A stretch of 62,107 bases of DNA, the filler included. It is 22 parts of 22 records of this genome, joined end to end, with 100 filler letters (N's around TTAATTAATTAA, not from the genome) between each part and the next. Parts side by side here need not be neighbours in the genome. Positions count along the whole stretch, not along the records: positions 33,149 to 36,434 come from SRR16133337_42216; positions 36,535 to 38,622 come from SRR16133337_42309; positions 38,723 to 41,799 come from SRR16133337_42320; positions 41,900 to 44,242 come from SRR16133337_42330; 18 more parts are not named here. One strand, given 5' to 3'. Each line of letters starts with the position of its first letter. Positions within the stretch are counted from its first letter, which is position 1. Position numbers and translations under genes: made by a program. This document shows, piece after piece, positions 34,456-44,230 of the stretch. The notes beneath the pieces are model-generated. The model searched no databases, was not told the DNA's origin, and saw nothing but the letters and a program-made list of their open reading frames with translations.

Positions 34456-36434
34456 TTATATTGTTATTATTCTGTAGAACGTCTTTTTATTATTATAATA
34501 CTCAATCATTTTATTGAAATAATCGTTTCTAATAACTAATTCAGCCCCATCTAATAATGGAATTTCATCCGCTATACCTATTATATGACCATTACCGATA
34601 TAATTTACCTTCCATGAATTATATTTTAAAACTATTTCACCAATTTCATTCCTCGCAGAAAATCCATCATTAAATTTTACCATTTTCAATTTTAAATAAT
34701 CCATTAGGTTTGGATTCAACATTATCAAACCAAAATCTTCAAAATGATGATTTTTTTGAATAAAATTAAATGTTATTATGTTATCATCTAATATTCCATT
34801 TAAATCGTAATCCATATTTGGCATTCGTTTTAAATTAGCTAGTAACTCTTTCTTTATTTGTCCATCAAAACAAATAGAACCAAACGATCTATAATTAACA
34901 CCATCCTCAAACCTTCCTTCTTTGAATATTTCATTTTCAATATGAGCTATCCTAACCCATTTTTTATTATTAATAATTGGTATCTGATTTATTTCTTCCA
35001 TTAAGTTAGGAGGAGTTAAGTCTTTAGGTCTATAATTATTGGAATTGGTTTGAGAGACTATACTCTTAATGTCAATAGTTAAATCTTCAAAAATACTTTT
35101 TTGTTCATTGTAATATTTGAGTTCTTCATATAAATCTATATTCAATAATTCGAGAATATAATCATAGTAATATAAATTATTTACATGAATTTTATTAGAC
35201 CTAGAATAATATAGATCTAAATAATCACTACCGTATTTATCATTATAAGTTCTTTTATATTTTTGATATATTTCTATCATATTATTAGGGAACCTTTGAA
35301 ATAATTTTGTGTTTCTTGAATTTAGCTTTAAGAAAAATTCAAATTCACCTTCCTTTATTTCTTCACCGTATGCTAAATCAAGATTTTTGATTATTAATGA
35401 ATTCTTTTTATTTTTCGAATACATTAATTCTACAACTGTATCAAATAGATAATAATTTTGTGGATAAATTAGATCAATTTCTTGTTTAAAATTATTCTTA
35501 TAGTTTGGAGTTTCTTTATCATATTCATATAACAAGGTAGTAATTGATACTAAAATGGACTTTAAATATTTCTCTTGGTTATTAAAAAACCATTTTAGTG
35601 GTTTTATAAGTAATTCTGGATAGTTATAAAGTAAATATGATATCCCAGATAAAGTGTGTTGAAACCTTTCAACTGTATTAGAATTGAATCGAGTTATTAG
35701 TATACAGACAAATATCTCTTCAAGATTCATTTTACTTTCATTATTTAAACTCTCTTCCCATTCGTAATCTGATTTTGAAGGAAGTCTTTCGCTCATACAA
35801 TCAAATAAATTATTCCATAACACTTTTATCGTTGCTTTATCTTGATTTGTTTCTATAAATGCGTTAATTAGGTTACCAGCTACACCTACGTTAAATCCTT
35901 TTGATAATTTTTCTTCTAAAAATTCATTTAGAAAAACCCAAACAGCTTCGTTATCTATTTTATAAGCTTCTTTAATAGCAGATATATTAGTAAACTCCTC
36001 ATACCAAGTTCCTCTATCATAAACAAAACAACAAACCCAATAGTACAAGGATATTTCATTATTGTTAGTAAATAAAACTTCGTAATCACAATTATGTACA
36101 GAAGTATATCTTCCTCCTTTTACTATAGTTTTAATTAAATTTTTTAATGCATCTGTTAAAGAATTGAATTGATCAAAATAATAACACAAAGAGTTGAGTT
36201 CATTTTTATTTATTTTTTTTTCATAGAGATATGATTGCATTTCTTCTAGTTGCATTTCAGAAAAACATTTTCGGTCTTTGTATCTAGATTTAAAAACTTC
36301 AATAATATTTGAATAACTTTTCTCGTTTTTCTTAGGAATTTTATTATTGTTTTGAGGTAAAATAATGTCTGCTTTATTTTGAAAAACGTTATTTAACCTT
36401 TCTATAAATTTTGAAGAAAAGCCTGTTGTAGAAC
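34456..36434 (-). CDS. C-terminal part (>650 aa) of a large hypothetical protein, possibly a STAND/NACHT-type defence protein
   Basis: The frame is open from the contig edge (36434) through the listed 599-aa ORF and is very AT-rich. No catalytic motif is visible, so the product is speculative. Confidence 0.6.
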
Positions 36435-38722
36435 NNNNNNNNNNNNNNNNNNNNNNNNNNNNNNNNNNNNNNNNNNNNTTAATTAATTAANNNNNNNNNN
36501 NNNNNNNNNNNNNNNNNNNNNNNNNNNNNNNNNNTACCTTTCACAACACGTATAGTTGTTGGTAAATACTCCCACGTTATGCCTCGGTAGCCAACGTATT
36601 CTCTATTCCTAGCGACTCGCACATTGGAATTTGAGAGGAGTACCCGTTCATCCAATTCATTGTTTTCAAATTGATCTTTGAAATCAGCGAGTTTCCATCC
36701 TGTTTCCCCGTTCAGGCTCAAATCGTCGAAATAAGAAATGCCTAGAATACAGAAACACAACAAATTATTGGAAAACGTTGTCTAAATTTTTACTCTTTAT
36801 CACGTCACATACAAAAAACAATACAAAGACCACAAGTTCAATCATTAAACATGACCCACAATATCTCTTTCCAGGCGTGGAAAGTTACTCAAACAAGTGG
36901 AATATTTATTTTCGAAATCAAGTGAATTTTCTTCTTTGGGTGATGTTAAAGTTTTCACATTTTTTCCGTATGTTCAAATTTTAAAATTAAACTTGTGACC
37001 AACATTACTGAACATAGTTGAATACATACCGTTCTCGGATAGCCTGCGAAAGAATGCTAAAACAAAGCAAACATATTTTAAAGATAAAATTGTTGAACTT
37101 ACTTCCTTACAAATAAAATATTCTATAAAAATCATGCCTTCAGCTACAATTTAGAGAGGAGAAGAAACCAGAGCGTATTTTTTGACGTCTCTATATGACA
37201 TTTTTTAAGAGCACACAAACAGACAAATGCCTAAAAGCGTTTGTTGTCAGGGGTTCACCAAGTATTTAAGGCGTTTTTCTCTTGCATGTTTTGAGAACTT
37301 TGTGGATACTGTACTATGGGTGAAAATATAACACTGAAGACAACAGGGTCGAAAATGACACACAATGAAAAACAATAAGTACTACACATTTTTATCCTCT
37401 TCTAAAATTAACACAACCTTAACGCTACAGTATTGATGTATTTCGATGTGCTCAAAAATCTTTGACGTGGATTGTAGGTATGATGCCTAGGCAAAGCGTA
37501 AAGTGTTTTCAATTTTTCTTTTGTAAACACTCACAAATGATCGCATTGTGAAAACATTCCATCGCATATCACATTCTTTACACTTTTTGCGGTTATCTGG
37601 CTAATATAATTGCGTTCTAGTACAATTATTTGTAATTCAATTTGATGTCCTGAACAAATGTTCAAATTCACTTAATTCTCCAACATGCTTGATTGAAAAC
37701 TACCAGAAAACAAACAAACATTCCACACAGGTTTCTCCCACACTGAGATAAAATATGGCAAAAACATTAAAAATTTCAATTTTAAAGACACATAAATATG
37801 TACCTATTACTTTGTTGACGATGTTTCGTGTTTCGTTGTTCCCTTTATTTTCAATACGATCAACCTACAACATAATATAAAACATTATATCAAAGTGGAA
37901 AGTACAGGTATTACTATCTGAAGATGATTTATGAAAACAAGGGGTGCACCAAACTAAATGCACTTTATAAATTCGAAGTAATAATTTGCCTTTTTCTAGT
38001 GCTACACTACACATTGCAGGAATTTTGATAAATCATCCACTATTCCAGTTCTTCATAATTTTTTGAAAAGTCGAATGTTTTTGTTGACGATCGGGTGTTT
38101 GAAAATATTAATAATAATTTCTGCAAACTCCACACACAATCGAATTTACAACCTGCCAAATTTATATGTCGTAATTCGACATACCCCTTCAGAAAAGCAA
38201 CTTTATGTATTTGGTCACAAGAAGTTAATGGATACAAAATTAAACACACAAACCAAAGTTCAATTTGAAATCCATCTTCTACAATTCTACGTGGCGTTCA
38301 TATACGAAAACTTTGTTTACTTCAAGCAAACAATTTTAATTAGGAGAAATTACTTGGTGGATAACCATCTTGAGCTTTGTCGGAATGACCCGTAGATGGA
38401 TTGTACCAGCAAACGTTTTATCAAAATCGTATACGTTTTGGAAAACATCAATGCACACATGCGAGTGCCTACTACATACATCATTTTCATCATTTTTATG
38501 TTTTCCATTTCCATTATGTGAACTAGAAAAAGAGCACCACTGCGGAAACTCGTGTTAATTTGAAAATAACTTTTTGTAATGTCATTTATTTTTTTCTGAG
38601 AAAAAAAGTACATCATGCAAAANNNNNNNNNNNNNNNNNNNNNNNNNNNNNNNNNNNNNNNNNNNNTTAATTAATTAANNNNNNNNNNNNNNNNNNNNNN
38701 NNNNNNNNNNNNNNNNNNNNNN

Positions 38723-38861
38723 TCGGTCATCCTTCCCTCGCAATGACGTTGACACAAGGGACTCGCAATGACGTTGACATGAGAGACTTGCAATGACGTT
38801 GATACAAGGGACTTGCAATGACGTTGACACGAGGGACTTGCAATGACGTTGATACATGTGT
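38723..38861. repeat. REP/RPE-like element end followed by five tandem 25-bp units (CTYGCAATGACGTTGAYAYRAGGGA)
   Basis: Units start at 38737, 38762, 38787, 38812 and 38837. Confidence 0.9.
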
Positions 38862-38876
38862 CTCCTAGTGCCCCTA

Positions 38877-40055
38877 CTACACAAACATCTGTTGTAATAA
38901 TCCTTTTTTATAGGTTTTTATCTGTTCTATATGTTGACTTACTAAATCTATTTTTTCATCAATTACTGATAAGAAATTGGCTATTTTGGTTTGTTCTTCT
39001 ATGCAAGGGATTTTTAAATTAAATTTTAATATATCTTTTTTCTGAATATTTGGCAAACCTGAACCAACTCTTAACCTCATTATCTTAATTTCATTATACT
39101 TTAATTTTTGATATAAAAAAACATTAGAAATGGAATCTTTTATATTATCTAAAGTATAGCAATGACCTCCACTCCAAAATTTAGAGCTAATAAAATTTAT
39201 ATAGCCACAAGAATTACCACCTTCGCTAATTGTTATTGTATTTTCATTTTTATTATAGTTTTCTGTGAAACCTGAAGGTGATATACCGCCATTAATACAT
39301 GGATATAAACCTATTTTTGTTAAAAACTCAGCATTCAATTGTTTACCTTTATTTATTTCACATATTTCCCCCAACTTTTTCTCTTCCCACTTTGGAAACT
39401 CATTTCCAAACTCCTCTTTAAACCGTAGCTCTTGTTTAAATATTTTTTGCATTACCCCTTTTTTGTAGTGCTCTAAAAGGCTTTTCTTTTTTTCTAAAGT
39501 TTGGATGCGGTTGTCTATAGCCGTAAGGAAATTGGCTATTTTTTTTTGTTCTTTGGGTTTTGGAACGTTAAGATTCAAAGAAGCGAGTTGTTTATTATAT
39601 AAATGAACAACAGAATTGCCTTGTGCTAATTTAGCTATATCCCTCTTTTTACTGTTATTCAATAAATAAGATAAGAATATACCATTTAGTTCAGATTTGA
39701 TTATGTTCAAATCTCCTCCTAAAATCACACCTTTTTTTAATACACAAGAAGCTGTAGCAATATCTAACTGAGTTTCTCCTGAAGAAGGTATAATAACATC
39801 ATTTTCTTCACTTAATACAGAATCACTTAAAGGAGCATTTGTTTTAGAAATTATTGAATTAATTACTTCATTGTATGTTGTATAAAGTTCTCCATAACGA
39901 ATACATTCATTTGCACCATCATCGATAATATCACTTTTTGAAATTCCTTTTCCTTTTAAAAATTTCGCAATATTTCCTAACTTATTCACTACCCATTGTC
40001 CTTCAAACTCAGAAAACCGTAATTGAGGCACTAATTGTTTATTGTTTTGTATCAT
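38877..40055 (-). CDS. hsdS: Type I R-M specificity subunit S
   Basis: VPQLRFSEF..W, two TRDs, EQKKIANFL...KKGVMQKIF..ELRF, and EQTKIANFL...KKGLLQQMFV. Confidence 0.95.
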   Translation of the reverse strand: MIQNNKQLVPQLRFSEFEGQWVVNKLGNIAKFLKGKGISKSDIIDDGANECIRYGELYTTYNEVINSIISKTNAPLSDSVLSEENDVIIPSSGETQLDIATASCVLKKGVILGGDLNIIKSELNGIFLSYLLNNSKKRDIAKLAQGNSVVHLYNKQLASLNLNVPKPKEQKKIANFLTAIDNRIQTLEKKKSLLEHYKKGVMQKIFKQELRFKEEFGNEFPKWEEKKLGEICEINKGKQLNAEFLTKIGLYPCINGGISPSGFTENYNKNENTITISEGGNSCGYINFISSKFWSGGHCYTLDNIKDSISNVFLYQKLKYNEIKIMRLRVGSGLPNIQKKDILKFNLKIPCIEEQTKIANFLSVIDEKIDLVSQHIEQIKTYKKGLLQQMFV

Positions 40056-40069
40056 TTTTATCTTTTAAA

Positions 40070-40103
40070 AGATTGCTGCGGTCGTTCCTCCCTCGCAATG
40101 ACG
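40070..40103. repeat. REP/RPE-like palindromic element between hsdM and hsdS
   Basis: agattgctgcggtcgttcctccctcgcaatgacg with ATTGC/GCAAT stem; about 22/25 identical to 38724-38748. Confidence 0.75.
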
Positions 40104-40115
40104 GTTTTAATAATG

Positions 40116-41741
40116 TTAAAACGGTGTTTTAATGTTTAACTCTTTGCAGAAAGAAGCTATTAGTGTGTCGGTTTCTTGTAAGTCGGCATCTAAACTTTGT
40201 ATTTCAGTAGCCACGGTATCAATATCTATTTGTGCTTCTTCTTCAAAAGTATCCACATAACGCGGGATGTTTAAATTATAGTCGTTTTCGGCTACTTCTG
40301 CTAAAGGTGCTACATAGCTGTATTTAGCTTCGGTTTTGCGTTTACGGTAAGTATCAACTATCTTTTCAATATCTACATCACGCAACATATTTTGAGTTTT
40401 TACCTTTTCAAAATGTGCGCTAGCATCCATAAATAAAATATCGTCAGGGTTTTCTCTACATTTTTTAAACACCAAAATACAAGTAGGTATGCTGGTGCCA
40501 TAAAATATATTGGCAGGCAAGCCTATTACGGCATCTAAACAATTTTTTTCTTGTATTAAATAGTTACGAATATGTAATTCCGCACCACCTCTAAACAATG
40601 CCCCGTGTGGCAACACTACTGCCATAGCACCATTATCAGCTATATGATGTACCATATGTTGTACAAAAGCAAAATCTGCTTTACTACCGGGTGCTAACTT
40701 ACCGTATTGACTAAATCGATCATCACTCATAAAAAGTTGGTTAGCACTCCACTTGGCAGAAAATGGTGGATTGGCTACTATAGCCTCAAAACGATGTTCT
40801 AAATGTTGTGGGTGTTCTAAGGTGTCTTCTTGTTTAATATCAAATTTTCGATAATGTACACCGTGCAATATCATATTCATACGTGCTAAGTTGTAGGTAG
40901 TACGGTTTAATTCTTGTCCGTAAAAGTTATTTACTTCCTCTACTTCTTTTGCTACACGTAATAGTAATGAACCACTTCCACAGGTTGGGTCGTATACCGA
41001 TTTTAGTTTCTTTTTACCTGTTGTCACCAATTTAGCCAAGACCATACTCACCTCTTGTGGTGTATAAAATTCGCCTGCTTTTTTACCTGCACCACTTGCA
41101 AACTTCCCTATTAAGTATTCGTAAGCATCACCCAATACGTCTAATTCGGTATTTTCTAATTTAAAGTCAATTTTATCTAAGTGTGCGAGAACTTTAGCAA
41201 TAATTTCGTTACGAGCCTCTGGTGTTTTGCCTAATTTGGTAGAGTTTAAATCCATATCCTCAAAGAGATCCTCAAAATCTTCTTCACTATCCGTACCCAT
41301 CGTACTGTTTTGGATGTTGTTTAGGATTTTCTGTAAATCTTCTAATATGAAATTATCTTTGGTGTTATAAGTTTCAGAAGTATCTTTTGCTATAGCATCA
41401 CTTTCTTTTGCATCCTCATTGTGATTACCACGTTTTGAAACAGCTGAAAATAATTCTGATGGTTTTAAGAAGTAACCTAATTTTTCTAAAGATTCTTCTC
41501 TTATGGCTTTTATGTATTTCTTTCCTGTTTCTGTGTTTTCGTCTATTTCAGAAAATAAAAATGTGTCGCCTCCTTCTTTAAGGATTTTGTTCGCATATAT
41601 TTCCATTTTTTCGGCTAAGTACTTGTAGAAAATAAAGCCTAATATGTAATCACGAAACTCATCTGCATTCATTTTACCTCTAAGGGTATTCGCAATATTC
41701 CAGAGTTGTTGTTCTAATTGTTTTTTATGGTCTTCTGACAT
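40116..41741 (-). CDS. hsdM: Type I R-M methyltransferase subunit M
   Basis: LWNIANTLRGKMNADEF, AGKKAGEFYTP, YDPTCGSG, NPPF, VLPHGALFRG, NLNIPRYVD. Confidence 0.97.
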   Translation of the reverse strand: MSEDHKKQLEQQLWNIANTLRGKMNADEFRDYILGFIFYKYLAEKMEIYANKILKEGGDTFLFSEIDENTETGKKYIKAIREESLEKLGYFLKPSELFSAVSKRGNHNEDAKESDAIAKDTSETYNTKDNFILEDLQKILNNIQNSTMGTDSEEDFEDLFEDMDLNSTKLGKTPEARNEIIAKVLAHLDKIDFKLENTELDVLGDAYEYLIGKFASGAGKKAGEFYTPQEVSMVLAKLVTTGKKKLKSVYDPTCGSGSLLLRVAKEVEEVNNFYGQELNRTTYNLARMNMILHGVHYRKFDIKQEDTLEHPQHLEHRFEAIVANPPFSAKWSANQLFMSDDRFSQYGKLAPGSKADFAFVQHMVHHIADNGAMAVVLPHGALFRGGAELHIRNYLIQEKNCLDAVIGLPANIFYGTSIPTCILVFKKCRENPDDILFMDASAHFEKVKTQNMLRDVDIEKIVDTYRKRKTEAKYSYVAPLAEVAENDYNLNIPRYVDTFEEEAQIDIDTVATEIQSLDADLQETDTLIASFCKELNIKTPF

Positions 41742-41915
41742 TAAATAGGTACGGTTTTATTTTAAATGTTAAAAATAGAAATATATATTGGTTTGACATN
41801 NNNNNNNNNNNNNNNNNNNNNNNNNNNNNNNNNNNNNNNNNNNTTAATTAATTAANNNNNNNNNNNNNNNNNNNNNNNNNNNNNNNNNNNNNNNNNNNNT
41901 TTTAGAATAGGACAT

Positions 41916-41944
41916 AAAAAAACCACTCGTTAAAAGTGATTTTC
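41916..41944 (-). terminator. Intrinsic terminator downstream of the Tad2-like gene
   Basis: Minus strand aatcact-tttaacg-agtggtt stem-loop followed by a U-tract. Confidence 0.65.
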
Positions 41945-41964
41945 AATTTTTGTGTTTAAGCAAC

Positions 41965-42441
41965 TTAACTTAATACAAGCCAATCTTCTGCTAGAATATC
42001 TTCACAGGAAGGACTATAGCCTTTTACAGAATTACTTAATCCAACAATTGCAATCTGATCACTGTAATATATTGCATTAATTTGTTCATCAGGATCGTCA
42101 AATGTTCTTATAAATTCTTTTTTAGCATCTGGCGGTAAGGATTGCATTTTTGGAATAATACTAGAATTTATAGCTGATGGAACTTGCATAAAGATAAACT
42201 TCTTTGAGCTATCCCAAGATTGTCTTTTAGCTAGTTTTCCTTCTTTTAATGCTTTTACGGCAATGCCAATACTTCCTGTTTTCATGATTCTGTTTTTCTG
42301 AAGCAATATAGCTTCTAATGTTGTTTGTAAATACTCACTAATTTCGATTTTCGTTTCTTCCTTATGGGTTGTGTCGATAACATCCATAGCGTTTACATTT
42401 CTAAATGCAAACATTAAAAGGATAAAAAAAATATTTTTCAT
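41965..42441 (-). CDS. tad2: DUF2829/Tad2-like phage protein (candidate Thoeris anti-defence signal sponge); alternative start at 42285
   Basis: SIGIAVKALKEGKLAKRQSW...FIF at the domain start and GYSPSCEDILAEDW at the end match the DUF2829/Tad2 pattern. Confidence 0.7.
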   Translation of the reverse strand: MKNIFFILLMFAFRNVNAMDVIDTTHKEETKIEISEYLQTTLEAILLQKNRIMKTGSIGIAVKALKEGKLAKRQSWDSSKKFIFMQVPSAINSSIIPKMQSLPPDAKKEFIRTFDDPDEQINAIYYSDQIAIVGLSNSVKGYSPSCEDILAEDWLVLS

Positions 42442-42445
42442 ATAC

Positions 42446-42480
42446 CAAAAATGGTAATTGTCAAATTTTTAAAATAGGAC
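42446..42480 (-). promoter_or_regulatory. GTCCTATT-N19-CATTTTTG promoter-like element
   Basis: Same motif and spacing as at 43874-43908. Confidence 0.55.
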
Positions 42481-42497
42481 AGAAAAATAGAAATCAC

Positions 42498-42980
42498 TTA
42501 ATCACTGATAAAAACAGGCTTTTGCGGTATTTTTCCTGTAACAGTAACCCTCACTTTACTACCATCTTCATATTTTTTACCATTGATGAATTGATAGGAA
42601 AATGCTAAAGGAAATTTCTTTGAACCATATAATTTTTGTTGGTCATAATGTTTGAATCCTATAAGAACAACCTTCTTATTAAGGCATTCATTAAAATAAG
42701 TGTCAAGTGCTTTAGATTGATAGGCAATCTCAAAATCCGCTTTAATGTTATAAAAAGTACCAGATTTAGTTTTAGAAACCGTTTCCTCTATTTTAATAGT
42801 CTCAGCAACGGGTAAAATATCTAATCCCTCAGAAGAAGAAGCAAAAACAATAGAACTAGCATTGTCATTCGTTAATAATGGAGGGCATTCTACCAATTCA
42901 TCTGTAGTGGCTATTTGAACATTGAACCATCCTCCGTGCTGTTCTTGAGTTGCTAAATCTATTGTTGTCATTTTATTCAT
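42498..42980 (-). CDS. Hypothetical phage-like protein
   Basis: 160-aa beta-rich ORF, co-oriented within a compact gene cluster. Confidence 0.7.
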   Translation of the reverse strand: MNKMTTIDLATQEQHGGWFNVQIATTDELVECPPLLTNDNASSIVFASSSEGLDILPVAETIKIEETVSKTKSGTFYNIKADFEIAYQSKALDTYFNECLNKKVVLIGFKHYDQQKLYGSKKFPLAFSYQFINGKKYEDGSKVRVTVTGKIPQKPVFISD

Positions 42981-43033
42981 TTTAGGACAAAAAAAAGATT
43001 TCCGAAAACTGTCCTAGTCGTTAAGACCTGTAT

Positions 43034-43558
43034 TTACAACGTGTTTTTGGCTTCTTGTTTTTGGATTTGATTATTTTTGTCACTTTTTCTGTCCCTATAA
43101 AAAGTTCTATAGAGGGAATCGATGCTAATTTCATCTTCAGTAATCTTGTAAAAACTCAAAAACTGACCCATGGCACGAAGTGTATTTTGCTTATTAATAG
43201 AGTCATATTCTTCGTTGTAGAACTTTAATTTACTGCCTACAGATACTTCAATATAGCTATACAGATCGTTTAAAAATACCTTATGGATCATTTCTGTCAA
43301 ATATTTTATCTTTAAGGCAGAAACATTAAAACCAACTTCTTTAACGATAGATGGAGGAATACTGATGGTATAATAAGAATCCTTTTTAAGATCTACTTTT
43401 GTTTTTAGATAATTTTTATCTAAAAGATCTACAAGATATCTTCCTAGCCATGATCTACGACTTACACAATGGGTATCTCCGTATTTTAGGGTTAGGTATT
43501 TTTTTAAATAAGATTGTAAAGGGATGTTTAAAGTAATGGTTCCAGGCATATTTTTCAA
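43034..43558 (-). CDS. Hypothetical phage protein, candidate DNA-binding regulator
   Basis: N-terminal strand-helix ITLNIPLQSYLKKYL and C-terminal helical F...Y.ITEDEISIDSLYRTFYR. Function is inferred. Confidence 0.65.
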   Translation of the reverse strand: MKNMPGTITLNIPLQSYLKKYLTLKYGDTHCVSRRSWLGRYLVDLLDKNYLKTKVDLKKDSYYTISIPPSIVKEVGFNVSALKIKYLTEMIHKVFLNDLYSYIEVSVGSKLKFYNEEYDSINKQNTLRAMGQFLSFYKITEDEISIDSLYRTFYRDRKSDKNNQIQKQEAKNTL

Positions 43559-43573
43559 AAAAAATTAAAGGTA

Positions 43574-43837
43574 TTAAGGTACTGTTTTTCTTTCACTTTT
43601 AATAACTTTTATTTCATAATTTTTACCTGATAACATCTTAGTATAGGTAGTTTTAACGCCTGTTTTTTTATTGAGAATTTCAAAATAAGTAGCAGACGAT
43701 TTTTGCAATGTTGCTACTGCTTTTTTTACACCTTCTTGGGTACCGTCTGTTTTAACCTCTTTTAAGGCCACCACTAAGTTTCCTTTTACCGTTTTAGATT
43801 TTCTTTCAAAAACGGTAGTTGATTTTTCTGTTGCCAT
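43574..43837 (-). CDS. Small basic hypothetical protein
   Basis: ATG 43837 (MATEK) is preferred because the listed TTG start overlaps the -7 box. Confidence 0.65.
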   Translation of the reverse strand: MATEKSTTVFERKSKTVKGNLVVALKEVKTDGTQEGVKKAVATLQKSSATYFEILNKKTGVKTTYTKMLSGKNYEIKVIKSERKTVP

Positions 43838-43873
43838 TTTGATTTGATTTTTTGATTTGATTTTAAGTTGATA

Positions 43874-43908
43874 CAAAGATATTATGACATCAATTCTTAA
43901 AATAGGAC
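43874..43908 (-). promoter_or_regulatory. GTCCTATT-N19-TATCTTTG promoter-like element
   Basis: Canonical TAnnTTTG -7 box with GTCCTATT in place of the -33 TTTG. Confidence 0.6.
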
Positions 43909-43954
43909 GGAATTTTAGTTCTGTGTTTTTTTAAAACACTCAAACGCAACAAAA

Positions 43955-44230
43955 AATTGTAATTTTGTAACATTTTTATTTTTTAGATCTTAACTACTTG
44001 ATAATAAGTAAGTTATTTCGTTACAAAAATAAAAAATAAAAATGTAACAAAGGTTACAAACCGAAAATAAAACTGTAACACTGTAATTTATTTAGTTATA
44101 TGTTACAGTTTTTTTGTAACCTTTAAAATAAGTTACAATTTTAAAATAAAAACTGTAACATATAAAACTCAATGTTTATAGGGCTTTCAAACCTTTTTTA
44201 TTGAAATGTTACAAAGTTACAGTTTTTTGT
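43955..44230. repeat. AT-rich non-coding region with about a dozen GTTACA/TGTAAC motifs in both orientations (iteron/origin-like)
   Basis: Examples: ttgtaaca, gttacaaaaat, tgtaacaaaggttaca, aaaactgtaaca x2, tgttacagtttttttgtaacc, tgttacaaagttacag. Confidence 0.7.

Noticed and set aside
36535-38622. F-box/LRR-like spliced gene
   Set aside because: A few LRR-like stretches (LRHINLAGC) but no reliable exon chain.
38737-38861. CRISPR array or coding ORF (38675-38884)
   Set aside because: Contiguous 25-bp units without unique spacers; the ORF is a by-product of the repeat and runs into the linker.
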